The position numbers were made by a program, and so were the translations under genes. Of a DNA stretch of 64,000 nt, positions 1 through 8,360 are shown one piece after another. The stretch is from contig CAYPZT010000001.1 of the NCBI GenBank assembly GCA_964415435.1, forward strand, positions 870 to 64,869, read 5' to 3'. Positions within the stretch are counted from its first letter, which is position 1. Each line of letters opens with the position of its first letter. The DNA is from an uncultured Gammaproteobacteria bacterium (lineage in GTDB: Bacteria; Patescibacteriota; Microgenomatia; UBA1406; GWC2-37-13). Below the pieces are notes generated by a model, which worked only from the letters and a program-made list of their open reading frames with translations, was not told the origin of the DNA and ran no database searches.

Positions 1-574
1 GATGCGTGCGGCACCGGGCCTGATAGGAGTCCTCCGCACCAACCTTTATGAGTGGATCCTTATAGGGAGCGGGCCTGCCATCAGAAAGAATTCTCTGCGT
101 GCGAGTTGCAATCCATTTTCTGCAGACTGCGCAGACCGCCTTTAGCTTAATCACATCTCCATCTGCAATAGCGAGAAACTGCGGCATTTGGCCAAATGGC
201 TCGCCGCGAAAATCAGTATCAAGACCCGCAACCACTACATCTATACCCTTCTTCGTAAGGTCTCTTACAACAGGAAATAGGCGCGAACTGAAAAACTGCG
301 CTTCATCTATTACTACCACATCCGTCTTCTTATGGAGATGTTTCCATATTTCAGATGGATTCATTATTCCAACGGCTTTCCATTTTTGCTTTGAGTGTGA
401 AGCAATTTTCCCTACTGCATAACGTGTATCTATAGCGTGATTGAAGACCTGTGCATGTAATTTGGCTATTTTATACCGTCTCAATCTTTTCACAAGCTCC
501 TCGCTTTTTCCCGAAAACATGGGCCCCGTCACCACATGAAGCGATCCTTTTGCAGCATATGTCTTTTTTTTCAT
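1..574 (-). CDS. tdk: thymidine kinase (3' end runs off the left window edge, C-terminus missing)
   Basis: Own translation of minus strand from ATG at 574: MKKKTYAAKGSLHVVTGPMFSGKSEEL...VVVIDEAQFF...GLDTDFRGEPF...AVCAVC...YQARCRTH. P-loop GPMFSGKS, DEAQF and C-terminal Cys pairs are the TK1-type signature. Absent from ORF track because no stop lies inside the window. Confidence 0.9.
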   Translation of the reverse strand, partial: MKKKTYAAKGSLHVVTGPMFSGKSEELVKRLRRYKIAKLHAQVFNHAIDTRYAVGKIASHSKQKWKAVGIMNPSEIWKHLHKKTDVVVIDEAQFFSSRLFPVVRDLTKKGIDVVVAGLDTDFRGEPFGQMPQFLAIADGDVIKLKAVCAVCRKWIATRTQRILSDGRPAPYKDPLIKVGAEDSYQARCRTH

Positions 575-727
575 AGAAGATGCGGAGTCATTATACAGCA
601 ATTGACAACCCGTCAACTACTACATTCTTACGCCTTTCTTACTCCTTTATTGTGCCCATCTTATGAGTTAACGGTACCATGGAAACAGGTCATTTTGTTA
701 TTAGTTCAATCGAAAGGGGTGAATACT

Positions 728-979
728 ATGAACATTCTTTTATGGATCGTCCTTGGGTTCTTGGCCGGATGGATCGCTTCTGTCGTCATGAAGACCGATT
801 CGTCGCAGGGAACTATTATGGATATTGTCCTCGGAGTAGTCGGCGCGGTGGTCGGGGGATTTGTTATGAATCTCTTTGGTGCACCCGGAGTGACCGGATT
901 TAATATTTATAGCATCCTGGTTGCCGCTTTTGGAGCAGTTGTCCTCATATGGTTGGGACGAAGCTTGAGAAGGGTTTGA
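728..979 (+). CDS. GlsB/YeaQ/YmgE (transglycosylase-associated) family small membrane protein
   Basis: Internal ATG at 728 of track ORF 536..979, preceded by GGGGTGA Shine-Dalgarno; MNILLWIVLGFLAGWIASVVM...IVLGVVGAVVGGFV matches the family pattern. The upstream part of the track ORF overlaps tdk. Confidence 0.8.
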   Translation: MNILLWIVLGFLAGWIASVVMKTDSSQGTIMDIVLGVVGAVVGGFVMNLFGAPGVTGFNIYSILVAAFGAVVLIWLGRSLRRV

Positions 980-1003
980 ACATTGTTAATTTAAAGATCA
1001 TCT

Positions 1004-1207
1004 ATGAATACAACCGAACCACACGTACATACGCAGGATAGCGGTATGGGAGGAATGGGATTCTTGATGGGCATAATACTGCTCATATTGTTTGTCTTTG
1101 CACTTCTATACTATGGTCTACCCATGTTAAGAAATGCAACAACCACACCTGCCGTCACCGTTCCTGACCAGATTGACGTTAACGTCAACCAACCTCAAGG
1201 AAAGTAA
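1004..1207 (+). CDS. small single-pass membrane protein, function unknown
   Basis: 67-aa ORF with one strongly hydrophobic helix (FLMGIILLILFVFALLYYGL), followed by a hairpin terminator. Confidence 0.5.
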   Translation: MNTTEPHVHTQDSGMGGMGFLMGIILLILFVFALLYYGLPMLRNATTTPAVTVPDQIDVNVNQPQGK

Positions 1208-1213
1208 GTCCGT

Positions 1214-1250
1214 GAAACGTCATGGTCGAAAGGCCATGACGTTTCTTTAT
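1214..1250 (+). terminator. hairpin terminator after the 67-aa ORF
   Basis: Perfect 12-bp stem GAAACGTCATGG (1214-1225) / CCATGACGTTTC (1234-1245), 8-nt loop, then TTTAT. Confidence 0.55.
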
Positions 1251-1281
1251 GCCTGAGCCTCATGGATTATCCTATAAGATT

Positions 1282-1290
1282 TGGTATAAT
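1282..1290 (+). promoter_or_regulatory. extended -10 (TGgTATAAT) 5 nt upstream of the sortase ATG; predicts a leaderless mRNA
   Basis: TG at 1282-1283, TATAAT at 1285-1290, ATG at 1296. Confidence 0.55.
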
Positions 1291-1295
1291 AGCGT

Positions 1296-1895
1296 ATGAG
1301 TCGGCTTAACATTGCGCTAATCTGCATTCTCGTGCTTCTTCTTCTTTTTACGAAGGTAGACAGTGCGGATAGTCCTGCAGAAAAGAAAAGTCTCGTCCCC
1401 TCATTCACCCCAACCCCAACGGTCGATCCCGTAGGTACTCCTCTACGCTTTCTTATACCAAAAATTGCGGTGGACGCACCTATCGAAGCTGTAGGTACCG
1501 ACATCGACGGTAAAATGCTTCTCCCCCAAGAGCTGCACAAGGTCGGATGGTATTCTCAAGGCTTCAAGCCTGGACAGAGGGGAAATGCAGTCATAGCAGG
1601 ACATCTTGATTCAGCAGCTGGGACAGGCGCCATATTCTCTGAGCTGTACATCCTCGAACCAGGAGACACGATGACCATTGTAGATGATAAAGGCGTGTCA
1701 TATGTGTTTACCGTAACGGCAAAAGAAGTGTATCCCTTCAACGAGGTTCCGATCTCAGATATTTTTGGCACGAGCGAAGAAGTACTCCTCAATCTCATCA
1801 CTTGTACAGGAGTCTGGGATTTTGGAACCCATAACTACTCTCACCGAATGATTATCCGAGCACGCCTCACTTCAAAAATCGCCCCGGCCAATTAA
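1296..1895 (+). CDS. sortase family transpeptidase
   Basis: N-terminal membrane anchor; catalytic motifs VIAGH (His), LNLITCTG (TLxTC Cys) and downstream RMIIRAR (Arg). Confidence 0.85.
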   Translation: MSRLNIALICILVLLLLFTKVDSADSPAEKKSLVPSFTPTPTVDPVGTPLRFLIPKIAVDAPIEAVGTDIDGKMLLPQELHKVGWYSQGFKPGQRGNAVIAGHLDSAAGTGAIFSELYILEPGDTMTIVDDKGVSYVFTVTAKEVYPFNEVPISDIFGTSEEVLLNLITCTGVWDFGTHNYSHRMIIRARLTSKIAPAN

Positions 1896-2060
1896 CGAGT
1901 TTTCTCTTACTTTCTTATTACTCAACAAATATAGTTTCTTTATACGCCTCCATTACCATGGTCGTATGAGAAAAAATAGCAAAGTTTTGGGGAAGAACTC
2001 TTCCCTTCTCGCGGACTTCATGGTTCTTTTCAAACAAGGAATCTGAGCTTGGTGAGAAAA

Positions 2061-2792
2061 CTAGATTGAACCTATATCGGGGAATCTGTGCCTGTTGCGG
2101 GCGTAGTCTGAGATAGGGTTTCCCCTGGGAATGAGCCTGATGACTGGGGCATTTGGTTCCTTGACCTTTTCAAGAAAGCGCGGAATGACGTTGCACATGT
2201 GTATTCTTGATAAGATAGGCCTGATTCCCGTCCTCAGATTGTTCGGATCCATGGCTAAAAGTTCTTCTACGGAAAACCATCCATGCGGTGATACCTCGTC
2301 AGACAGGACGTCTGTAAAAAAGCGATCTTCCCGCTTGTTCTGGAGTCCGACGAGGACCATATCGGGTTCGGCATTCTTCTTCAGCTCCGTCCTCCCCAGG
2401 TAGGAGGAGAGTTCGTTATTTTCTGTTCTCTGTAACCACACGATCCGCTCTCCAAGCATGAGAGCAGGCGTTTCTTCGCCCAAGACGCCAAACAGATTGT
2501 GCATAATGAACTCTCCACGTTGTCGAACTTCATCTATGGAGCGGTGCTCGGAAGGACTTGTATTGAACAACTGTAACTTTCTGGTTTCCAGAGGAAAGGA
2601 GATAACAGATTCCTGTACTCCCGTCGTAGGCTTATTTTTGAGCTCGCGCACGGTATAAAGTTTGCTCGTGCGAATGTCTACTAAAAGAAGTCCTATTCCT
2701 ATTCGTTTTATCTCGCCGAACTTAGATTCTAGATTAGACTGATGCGTCTTCCAGAGTGGTTCATATCTATTATCTTTGAAGATCTCTGCCAT
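2061..2792 (-). CDS. hypothetical protein (no confident domain)
   Basis: Long ORF. I prefer ATG at 2792 (MAEIFKDNRY...) over the TTG at 2798 because TATAAT (2803-2798 on minus) lies 5 nt upstream. Confidence 0.6.
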   Translation of the reverse strand: MAEIFKDNRYEPLWKTHQSNLESKFGEIKRIGIGLLLVDIRTSKLYTVRELKNKPTTGVQESVISFPLETRKLQLFNTSPSEHRSIDEVRQRGEFIMHNLFGVLGEETPALMLGERIVWLQRTENNELSSYLGRTELKKNAEPDMVLVGLQNKREDRFFTDVLSDEVSPHGWFSVEELLAMDPNNLRTGIRPILSRIHMCNVIPRFLEKVKEPNAPVIRLIPRGNPISDYARNRHRFPDIGSI

Positions 2793-2797
2793 TCGCA

Positions 2798-2803
2798 ATT
2801 ATA
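2798..2803 (-). promoter_or_regulatory. -10 hexamer TATAAT 5 nt upstream of ATG 2792
   Basis: Plus-strand ATTATA at 2798-2803. Confidence 0.4.
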
Positions 2804-2832
2804 TCAAGAAGATTGTTCTAAGGCCAAAAAAA

Positions 2833-4380
2833 TTAATTGCAGGTGCAGTCTGTCTCAGCCGTGCAGTTGGGATTGCGGCAGACATTGCCTCCGAGACCCG
2901 TACCTGAAGCACACTGGAGTCCGGATGCGCATGAATAGCCGTCACCGCCACAGTTTTGATTGCACCCCGATGTCTGGGGCGGAAGTGTTGGTGTAGGCGT
3001 GAATGTAGGGGTAGGGATACTTGTTGGGACGGCTGTTGGCGTTGGGTAAGGAGTATATGTTGGCTGTTGCGGATAAGGCGTCGGCGTGGGTGTAGGTGAC
3101 GCCGTATTGCAGGCAAACTGCAGGAGGTTTGAAAATGGCGAGAATGAACTGGACTGTGTACATGACGAACATGTGGAGGAAGCATACTGAGCATAATAGG
3201 TCTGACCGTTGTTGATCGAAGAAATCGTGTATACCTGTGTTGACTGACCAGTCGAACTTGCATAATAATTGACCACGTCGTTTCCTCCCGGTTTACTGCC
3301 TACCTGCAGAAGATACTGGTTGGCACCGCTTACTTGCTGGTAGTTTATATTTACCGTCCAAGTGCCTCCAGATTGACTGACGCACTGGGCGGTCGGTGAA
3401 TTTGGAGGTTGAGGGGTTGGATTACCGGTATTGATGGTGAGAACCTCGTTTGCCGCGGGCGCCGCAACATTGATTACCTGCGATTGGGCAATATTGCTTC
3501 CGTTCTGATATGCAATGGCCATGATGTTGTACTGCACACCTTGAGTCGCCCCGTTCCAACTCCATGTTGTTCCGTTTGTTGGACTTATATTGCTTCCAAT
3601 CTGTACGTAGCTTGTATCTGTTGGTGCCTGCTTGAAAAGAGACAATGTTGAGCCCGAAGGCAGTGAACCATTAATATTGAAAGATCCTGATATCGTGGTT
3701 GTTGTCGGCGGAGGGCTGTACTGGGAGTTTATGGTTAACACCTCATTTGAAGCTGGGGCTGCCATTGCCACAACTGCCGATTCTCCCGCGTACTCACCAT
3801 TTACGGTAAGTATCGCCTTTACATCGTACATATTTCCCGCAACCGCTTCACCCCAACTCCAGGAAGCTCCATCTTGAGCCGACACATTTTCGATAATGAG
3901 TGAGAATTCTGTATCTGTTGATCTCTTCTGGTAGACTGCGATTGAACTCGCGGTTGTCACGGCTCCGTTTAGGTCTATCGTTCCCTGAATTGTCGTATAG
4001 GAAGGTGAGGGCGTGTAGGTCGAGTTTATACGGAGTACCTCTTCCGTTGCGGTTGCGGTCACAGTAAGAGGAGCTGAGTCTGAGATGGTTTTGCCCTTAG
4101 AGATAATCTCTGCCTTTATAGTGTATGTTTTTCCTTTTGTTGCGCCGTCCCATGACCACTCGACTCCATCAACCGCGTTGAGCGAGGTTACGACCGGAGT
4201 GAAATCTTTTTGACCCGATTTTTGCGCAAGTACCGAGATGGTAGCCCCCTGAGGAACAACACCGTTCAAGTCAATCGTTCCAGAGATAACACCTGGGGAA
4301 AGTTTTCCTGAAAAAAAGTAGACAAATGCGAGCGCGATTACAAGTATTCCGCCTATTATTAGTAGTAATTCTTTTCTCAT
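2833..4380 (-). CDS. membrane-anchored surface protein: 3 tandem ~99-aa repeats, a fourth beta-rich domain, Pro/Thr linker, 8-Cys C-terminal module
   Basis: N-terminal hydrophobic anchor (LLLIIGGILVIALAFVYFF). Repeats are GTIDLNG...W(S)W...VL(R/T)IN(S/T). Linker TPTPTPYPQQPTYTPYPTPT..., then GCNQNCGGDGYSCASGLQCASGTGLGGNVCRNPNCTAETDCTCN. Confidence 0.85.
   Translation of the reverse strand: MRKELLLIIGGILVIALAFVYFFSGKLSPGVISGTIDLNGVVPQGATISVLAQKSGQKDFTPVVTSLNAVDGVEWSWDGATKGKTYTIKAEIISKGKTISDSAPLTVTATATEEVLRINSTYTPSPSYTTIQGTIDLNGAVTTASSIAVYQKRSTDTEFSLIIENVSAQDGASWSWGEAVAGNMYDVKAILTVNGEYAGESAVVAMAAPASNEVLTINSQYSPPPTTTTISGSFNINGSLPSGSTLSLFKQAPTDTSYVQIGSNISPTNGTTWSWNGATQGVQYNIMAIAYQNGSNIAQSQVINVAAPAANEVLTINTGNPTPQPPNSPTAQCVSQSGGTWTVNINYQQVSGANQYLLQVGSKPGGNDVVNYYASSTGQSTQVYTISSINNGQTYYAQYASSTCSSCTQSSSFSPFSNLLQFACNTASPTPTPTPYPQQPTYTPYPTPTAVPTSIPTPTFTPTPTLPPQTSGCNQNCGGDGYSCASGLQCASGTGLGGNVCRNPNCTAETDCTCN
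3427..4284 (-). repeat. three in-frame coding repeats (~297 nt period) inside the 515-aa surface protein
   Basis: Residues 33-120, 132-219 and 231-318 align: G(T/S)(I/F)(D/N)(L/I)NG ... (V/A/T)(E/S/T)WSW(D/G/N)(G/E)A ... (E/N)EVL(R/T)IN(S/T). Confidence 0.8.
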
Positions 4381-4383
4381 GTA

Positions 4384-4884
4384 TTATTTCTTCCTAATAC
4401 GTCTCTTACCCATCTTACTTGTCTGTTTTTTTTCTGTCAAGGGAATTTTTGAGGCTCTGCGATCGTTTATTTCGCTCAAGAGGATGCTCAGTGCTACGAG
4501 GACAATCGTAACGATAATCACATCTATAGTACCTCTCCCCTCATCCATCCAGTACCCGCTTGGCAAAAATGACCACAGTGCAAACTCATCTATAACGAAA
4601 GCTCCTCCTATTCCGAAAATTACAGCCGCAGACCGCCTGACCTTTTCCTCATAACCGTAGGCTATAGCCATATAGGCACTCCCCAATACGAGGACTATGC
4701 CTATGAGTAGATGACGCACTTCTGCTTCTCCTACTTCAGGAATAACAGATGCACGTTGAAGGTGTATGAGCAAACGTATCAAAACAAAAGCCCCGAGAAA
4801 ACTGACAAGAAGAAGAATATGAGAATAATGTTGAGAAGACTGTATTTTTGCAAACATTTTCTTAACCGAACGTGATTCTTTCAT
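4384..4884 (-). CDS. multi-pass membrane protein, function unknown
   Basis: 166-aa ORF with four hydrophobic segments and a Lys/Arg-rich C-terminal tail; consensus-like promoter upstream. Confidence 0.7.
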   Translation of the reverse strand: MKESRSVKKMFAKIQSSQHYSHILLLVSFLGAFVLIRLLIHLQRASVIPEVGEAEVRHLLIGIVLVLGSAYMAIAYGYEEKVRRSAAVIFGIGGAFVIDEFALWSFLPSGYWMDEGRGTIDVIIVTIVLVALSILLSEINDRRASKIPLTEKKQTSKMGKRRIRKK

Positions 4885-4892
4885 TACCTTGC

Positions 4893-4920
4893 ATTCTACA
4901 GACCGTCAAAAAGATGTCAA
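4893..4920 (-). promoter_or_regulatory. sigma70-type promoter TTGACA-16-TAGAAT, 8 nt upstream of ATG 4884
   Basis: Reverse complement of 4885-4920 reads TTGACAtctttttgacggtctgTAGAATgcaaggta followed by ATG. Confidence 0.6.
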
Positions 4921-4953
4921 TATATATTATCAGATCAATCTATACTGAAATAT

Positions 4954-5706
4954 CTACTGGCCAAGTTGATAAAGTCCTTCAAAACTCATCGTGAAGTAAT
5001 CTTTAAAAGGACCCAGATGGTTAAGAAAGGGAAGGTTCAACTCAAACACTTCCGGGTATTTTATGATAAATCGCTCCTCGAGCATAGTATATTTTTTTAC
5101 CATCCTCTGAAACTCTCCAATCCGAAGCTTATTCAACGACTTAAACTGAGCCCAGTAGTAGTCTGCGTTCATAAAGCCTTTTATCTTTTTTGCATAGACA
5201 ATCTCCTTGATTTTGTCCTCTGGCAGTATGTGTATCGGCCATTTCGCATAGTCATAGAGGTGATGGCCTGTTATCGAATAATATGGCGTGAACTCAACAT
5301 ACAGATACCCGCCGCGCTTGAGTACTCGTGTACATTCTCTAATAGTTTTGGACGGATCACCAACATGTTCAATGACATCAAAAATGATGATTCCATCAAA
5401 CGTGTTATTTTTAAAGGGAAGCTGTTCGTTTGCCACCTCATAACTTTTGAAACGTTTATATTTTTTTAAATATCTCCTTGCAAGAGTAAGTTTTTCTCTA
5501 TTCACTTCCGTCGCCCATACATGTGCCCCTCTTTCAAGGAGCATAGAACTCATTGCCCCATAGCCACAGCCCACTTCAAGAATATGTTTGTTCTTAAGAT
5601 GTAAATACTTTTCGACGCGGTCAACACTGGGGATCGATCTTTCAACTCTCCATCTGAAGTAATGTTTTGGAGATATACGTGAACCCTTAAAGCCTGTTCT
5701 GCTCAT
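4954..5706 (-). CDS. class I SAM-dependent methyltransferase
   Basis: Motif I ILEVGCGYGAMS, motif II-like FDGIIIFDVIEHV, LKRGGYLYV. Confidence 0.85.
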   Translation of the reverse strand: MSRTGFKGSRISPKHYFRWRVERSIPSVDRVEKYLHLKNKHILEVGCGYGAMSSMLLERGAHVWATEVNREKLTLARRYLKKYKRFKSYEVANEQLPFKNNTFDGIIIFDVIEHVGDPSKTIRECTRVLKRGGYLYVEFTPYYSITGHHLYDYAKWPIHILPEDKIKEIVYAKKIKGFMNADYYWAQFKSLNKLRIGEFQRMVKKYTMLEERFIIKYPEVFELNLPFLNHLGPFKDYFTMSFEGLYQLGQ

Positions 5707-5747
5707 TACGATGTATTATACCTTGACAGAGGGACTATAATTAATAT

Positions 5748-6116
5748 ATGAAACTAAATACACTTACTCCGGAAGAAGAACGCGTGATTGTACATAAGGG
5801 TACCGAAACTCCTTTTACCGGAGAGTATGATACTAACTTCAGGGAAGGCATCTATGTCTGCCGTCGGTGCGAGACGCCACTTTATACGTCAGATGCAAAA
5901 TTCCACTCAGGCTGTGGATGGCCAAGCTTTGATCAGGAGATAGAAGGTCGGGTAAAAAGAACACCCGATCCAGACGGCCAGAGAGTAGAGATCACTTGTA
6001 CCACCTGTGGCGCACACTTGGGACACGTCTTTACAGGTGAGGGATTTACAGATAAAAATACCCGCCACTGCGTCAATTCGATCTCGTTGAAATTTATACC
6101 TAAAGAATCCCGATGA
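5748..6116 (+). CDS. msrB: peptide-methionine (R)-S-oxide reductase
   Basis: CxxC...CxxC zinc pairs (CRRC, CTTC), GCGWPSF and catalytic RHCVNS motif. Confidence 0.95.
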   Translation: MKLNTLTPEEERVIVHKGTETPFTGEYDTNFREGIYVCRRCETPLYTSDAKFHSGCGWPSFDQEIEGRVKRTPDPDGQRVEITCTTCGAHLGHVFTGEGFTDKNTRHCVNSISLKFIPKESR

Positions 6117-6652
6117 GTACCGAGACAGCCATTTTTGGAGGAGGATGCTTCTGGTGCACTGAGGCGGTCTTTCAACGACTAAAGGGTGTTACCTCTGTGA
6201 CTCCAGGATATGCGGGAGGCACTATGGCAAACCCCACTTACGAGCACGTTTCTTCAGGTGCCACTGGACATGCCGAAGTAATAAAAGTGGAGTTTGACCC
6301 AGACGTTGTCAGTTACCGGACACTCCTGTCAGTTTTCTTTGCAGTTCATGATCCAACCTCGCTCAACAGACAAGGTGCTGATGAGGGAACTGAATACCGC
6401 TCAATCATACTCTATACGTCGGAGAAACAGAAATCAGAAGCAGAAGAAGCGATAGGAAAAGTTAATAATTCCCGCATATTCCCGAAGCCTGTGGTGACCG
6501 AAATAAAAAAACTCGATATGTTCTACACGGCAGAGGAATATCATAAGAACTTCTATAACAACAATCGCTATCAGCCTTATTGCCAGATCGTTGTATCGCC
6601 TAAAATCGACAAATTAAAAGAGCAGTTTGCAGAACTTCTGAAGAAAGATTAA
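6113..6652 (+). CDS. msrA: peptide-methionine (S)-S-oxide reductase
   Basis: N-terminal GGGCFWCTEAVF catalytic motif and GYAGG; ATGA start/stop overlap with msrB. Confidence 0.95.
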   Translation: MSTETAIFGGGCFWCTEAVFQRLKGVTSVTPGYAGGTMANPTYEHVSSGATGHAEVIKVEFDPDVVSYRTLLSVFFAVHDPTSLNRQGADEGTEYRSIILYTSEKQKSEAEEAIGKVNNSRIFPKPVVTEIKKLDMFYTAEEYHKNFYNNNRYQPYCQIVVSPKIDKLKEQFAELLKKD

Positions 6653-7740
6653 TATCCTCTCCACCAGTCTCCCTTTGACCGTGGATCGAGAAAAGATCCT
6701 GAATCGCGGACCATCACCCGCACTTCGGTTCCTTTTGCCGTACCCATCTTCTGTCCGTTTTTAAGAGCGGGCATAGATCTTCTTCCTTCACTATGAAGTT
6801 TGCGGTACAGGGCAAGCAGGTTGGGATCAACACATATGCCGTCAACGTGAAGTGCATAGCCTTCAATCGCATTATCGTCTCCGATCACATTCATAGTGAT
6901 GCTTGTCGGATTTGCATAGATCACCATATATTGATTGCCGCCTCCTATGTCGTAACCGTTCGTTGGAGCGCTCACTACCTGTCCTGAGTTTGCCTTAAAT
7001 CCAAGCACGCTTACTGGCCACAGGGTTTCATACGCGCTACTTGGCCTTCGATTAGCCCAATCCCACTGATGTACACGATACGCCTTTGTGAACTGAGCGC
7101 CATTATTAAGGAGTGTTCCCAGTTGAGGAGCGCGCGGGTCGGGCGGCTCTCCATTTGGATATCCATAGGAAACGAGCTGAAGAGCCTCGTTTACTTCCCC
7201 CCAACCGCGAAGAAATGCGTTTGTGTCGGGATTTGATTCTGCGCCTAAGTCAGGAGGGTTTAATCCCCGTGTCGCATACTGTTCAGAAGAGGTGGTAGGA
7301 CATGATGAGATTGGTGGAGCCGTGGGTGCATGCGTAGGCGTACGGTTAGGTGGTGGCGTAGGCGTACGTGTGGGCCTGGTACGCGTTGGTCTCGGAGTGC
7401 CAGGTCCTGTTGTTGGAATAATGGTAGTTGGACTTGTAAACGTAGGAACAACAACTGTCGGCTGAGACGCCGGGACAGTGGTAACTGGTGTCGGCAAAAC
7501 GCTCTCATCTGTTACAGTTGGAAATGGCGAAATCTGCCCTGTCTGTAACTGGGTAATAATTGAGCTCGGCTTCGGTTTGGGAATAAGTGAAGATAAAAAG
7601 GCCGCAGTTTTGGCAGGAACGGCCCTTACATAAAGGTCATTAATGACCGGTGATGCGCCGATAAAGATACTCTTCAGTCCGTTTACAAGAAGAAGCGACA
7701 AAAGGATACAGATAAGTATCTTTGCGTTGTGCCTATTCAT
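6649..7740 (-). CDS. secreted/membrane-anchored protein with Pro/Thr-rich linker, C-terminal domain of unknown function
   Basis: Signal-anchor ILICILLSLLLV, linker [23 protein letters not shown], ~220-aa C-terminal domain with no motif I recognise. Confidence 0.75.
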   Translation of the reverse strand: MNRHNAKILICILLSLLLVNGLKSIFIGASPVINDLYVRAVPAKTAAFLSSLIPKPKPSSIITQLQTGQISPFPTVTDESVLPTPVTTVPASQPTVVVPTFTSPTTIIPTTGPGTPRPTRTRPTRTPTPPPNRTPTHAPTAPPISSCPTTSSEQYATRGLNPPDLGAESNPDTNAFLRGWGEVNEALQLVSYGYPNGEPPDPRAPQLGTLLNNGAQFTKAYRVHQWDWANRRPSSAYETLWPVSVLGFKANSGQVVSAPTNGYDIGGGNQYMVIYANPTSITMNVIGDDNAIEGYALHVDGICVDPNLLALYRKLHSEGRRSMPALKNGQKMGTAKGTEVRVMVRDSGSFLDPRSKGDWWRGY

Positions 7741-7771
7741 ACCTTCATTGTAATGAATTTAAGAGTATGTT

Positions 7772-8089
7772 TTAAGCAGATTTAAGTTCTGCCTTGAACC
7801 ATGACCCCACGCCATCAGACTGCCTATTTACAGGAGTGGCAACGAAGACAAAAACATCGTAGCTATGAATTTTTTTAATCTCATCTTCTGCTTCTTCAAA
7901 CAATTCTTCATACGAATCCATAATCAAAAGCAGTTCCTTCGAACGCTCTACCCTGCCTTTCCATCTGTAGGAAGACTCTACCGTAACTTTCTTAACACAG
8001 ACAACAAGCTTTCTATCAAGAAGAAGAGCGGATATTTTATCCGCTTCTTCTTCATCTGCACACGTCAGGTAGAACAGTGAAGGTCTCAT
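7772..8089 (-). CDS. cutA: divalent-cation tolerance protein CutA
   Basis: 105 aa; SSYRWKGRVE...ELLLIMDS...KIHSYDV matches the CutA1 pattern (xSxYxWxGxxE, HPY(E/D)xP-like). Confidence 0.8.
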   Translation of the reverse strand: MRPSLFYLTCADEEEADKISALLLDRKLVVCVKKVTVESSYRWKGRVERSKELLLIMDSYEELFEEAEDEIKKIHSYDVFVFVATPVNRQSDGVGSWFKAELKSA

Positions 8090-8115
8090 TTCCCTATTCT
8101 ACCAGCACCAAGGCG

Positions 8116-8247
8116 TCACATCGATTCATCAAGGATCCCCATGTCCTCCATCGGCTGGCTCTGAGGGTTCTTCTTTCGCCCCCCTCCATGACTATTCGCT
8201 CCACCTCTCTTGCGATCTTCCTTTGTGAGATTGTCACCTCTAGCCAT
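8116..8247 (-). CDS. 43-aa Gly/Lys/Arg-rich small protein (KGG-type stress-protein-like)
   Basis: Own translation MARGDNLTKEDRKRGGANSHGGGRKKNPQSQPMEDMGILDESM, preceded by strong SD GGGAGGTGA 6 nt upstream. The opposite-strand track ORF 8077..8280 looks non-coding. Confidence 0.45.
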   Translation of the reverse strand: MARGDNLTKEDRKRGGANSHGGGRKKNPQSQPMEDMGILDESM

Positions 8248-8360
8248 ATATTTTTCACCTCCCGACTTAAAAACTTATAACAAGTATTTATCCATAGAAT
8301 ACCGGGTCAGTGTGAAGAAAAAATAGCAACAACGTAGGAAATGCGTAAGGGTAAGACGTG

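Noticed and set aside
99-422. 107-aa plus-strand track ORF at the left edge
   Set aside because: It lies antisense inside a clear thymidine kinase reading frame (minus strand, 1..574), and its translation has no protein-like features.
7223-7548. Several overlapping 72-82-aa ORFs on both strands
   Set aside because: They are alternative frames of the Pro/Thr/Arg-rich linker region of the 363-aa exported protein (6649..7740). Low-complexity sequence keeps several frames open.
8077-8280. 67-aa plus-strand track ORF
   Set aside because: The opposite strand carries a 43-aa Gly-rich ORF with a strong SD (8116..8247), and the plus-strand translation looks non-coding.
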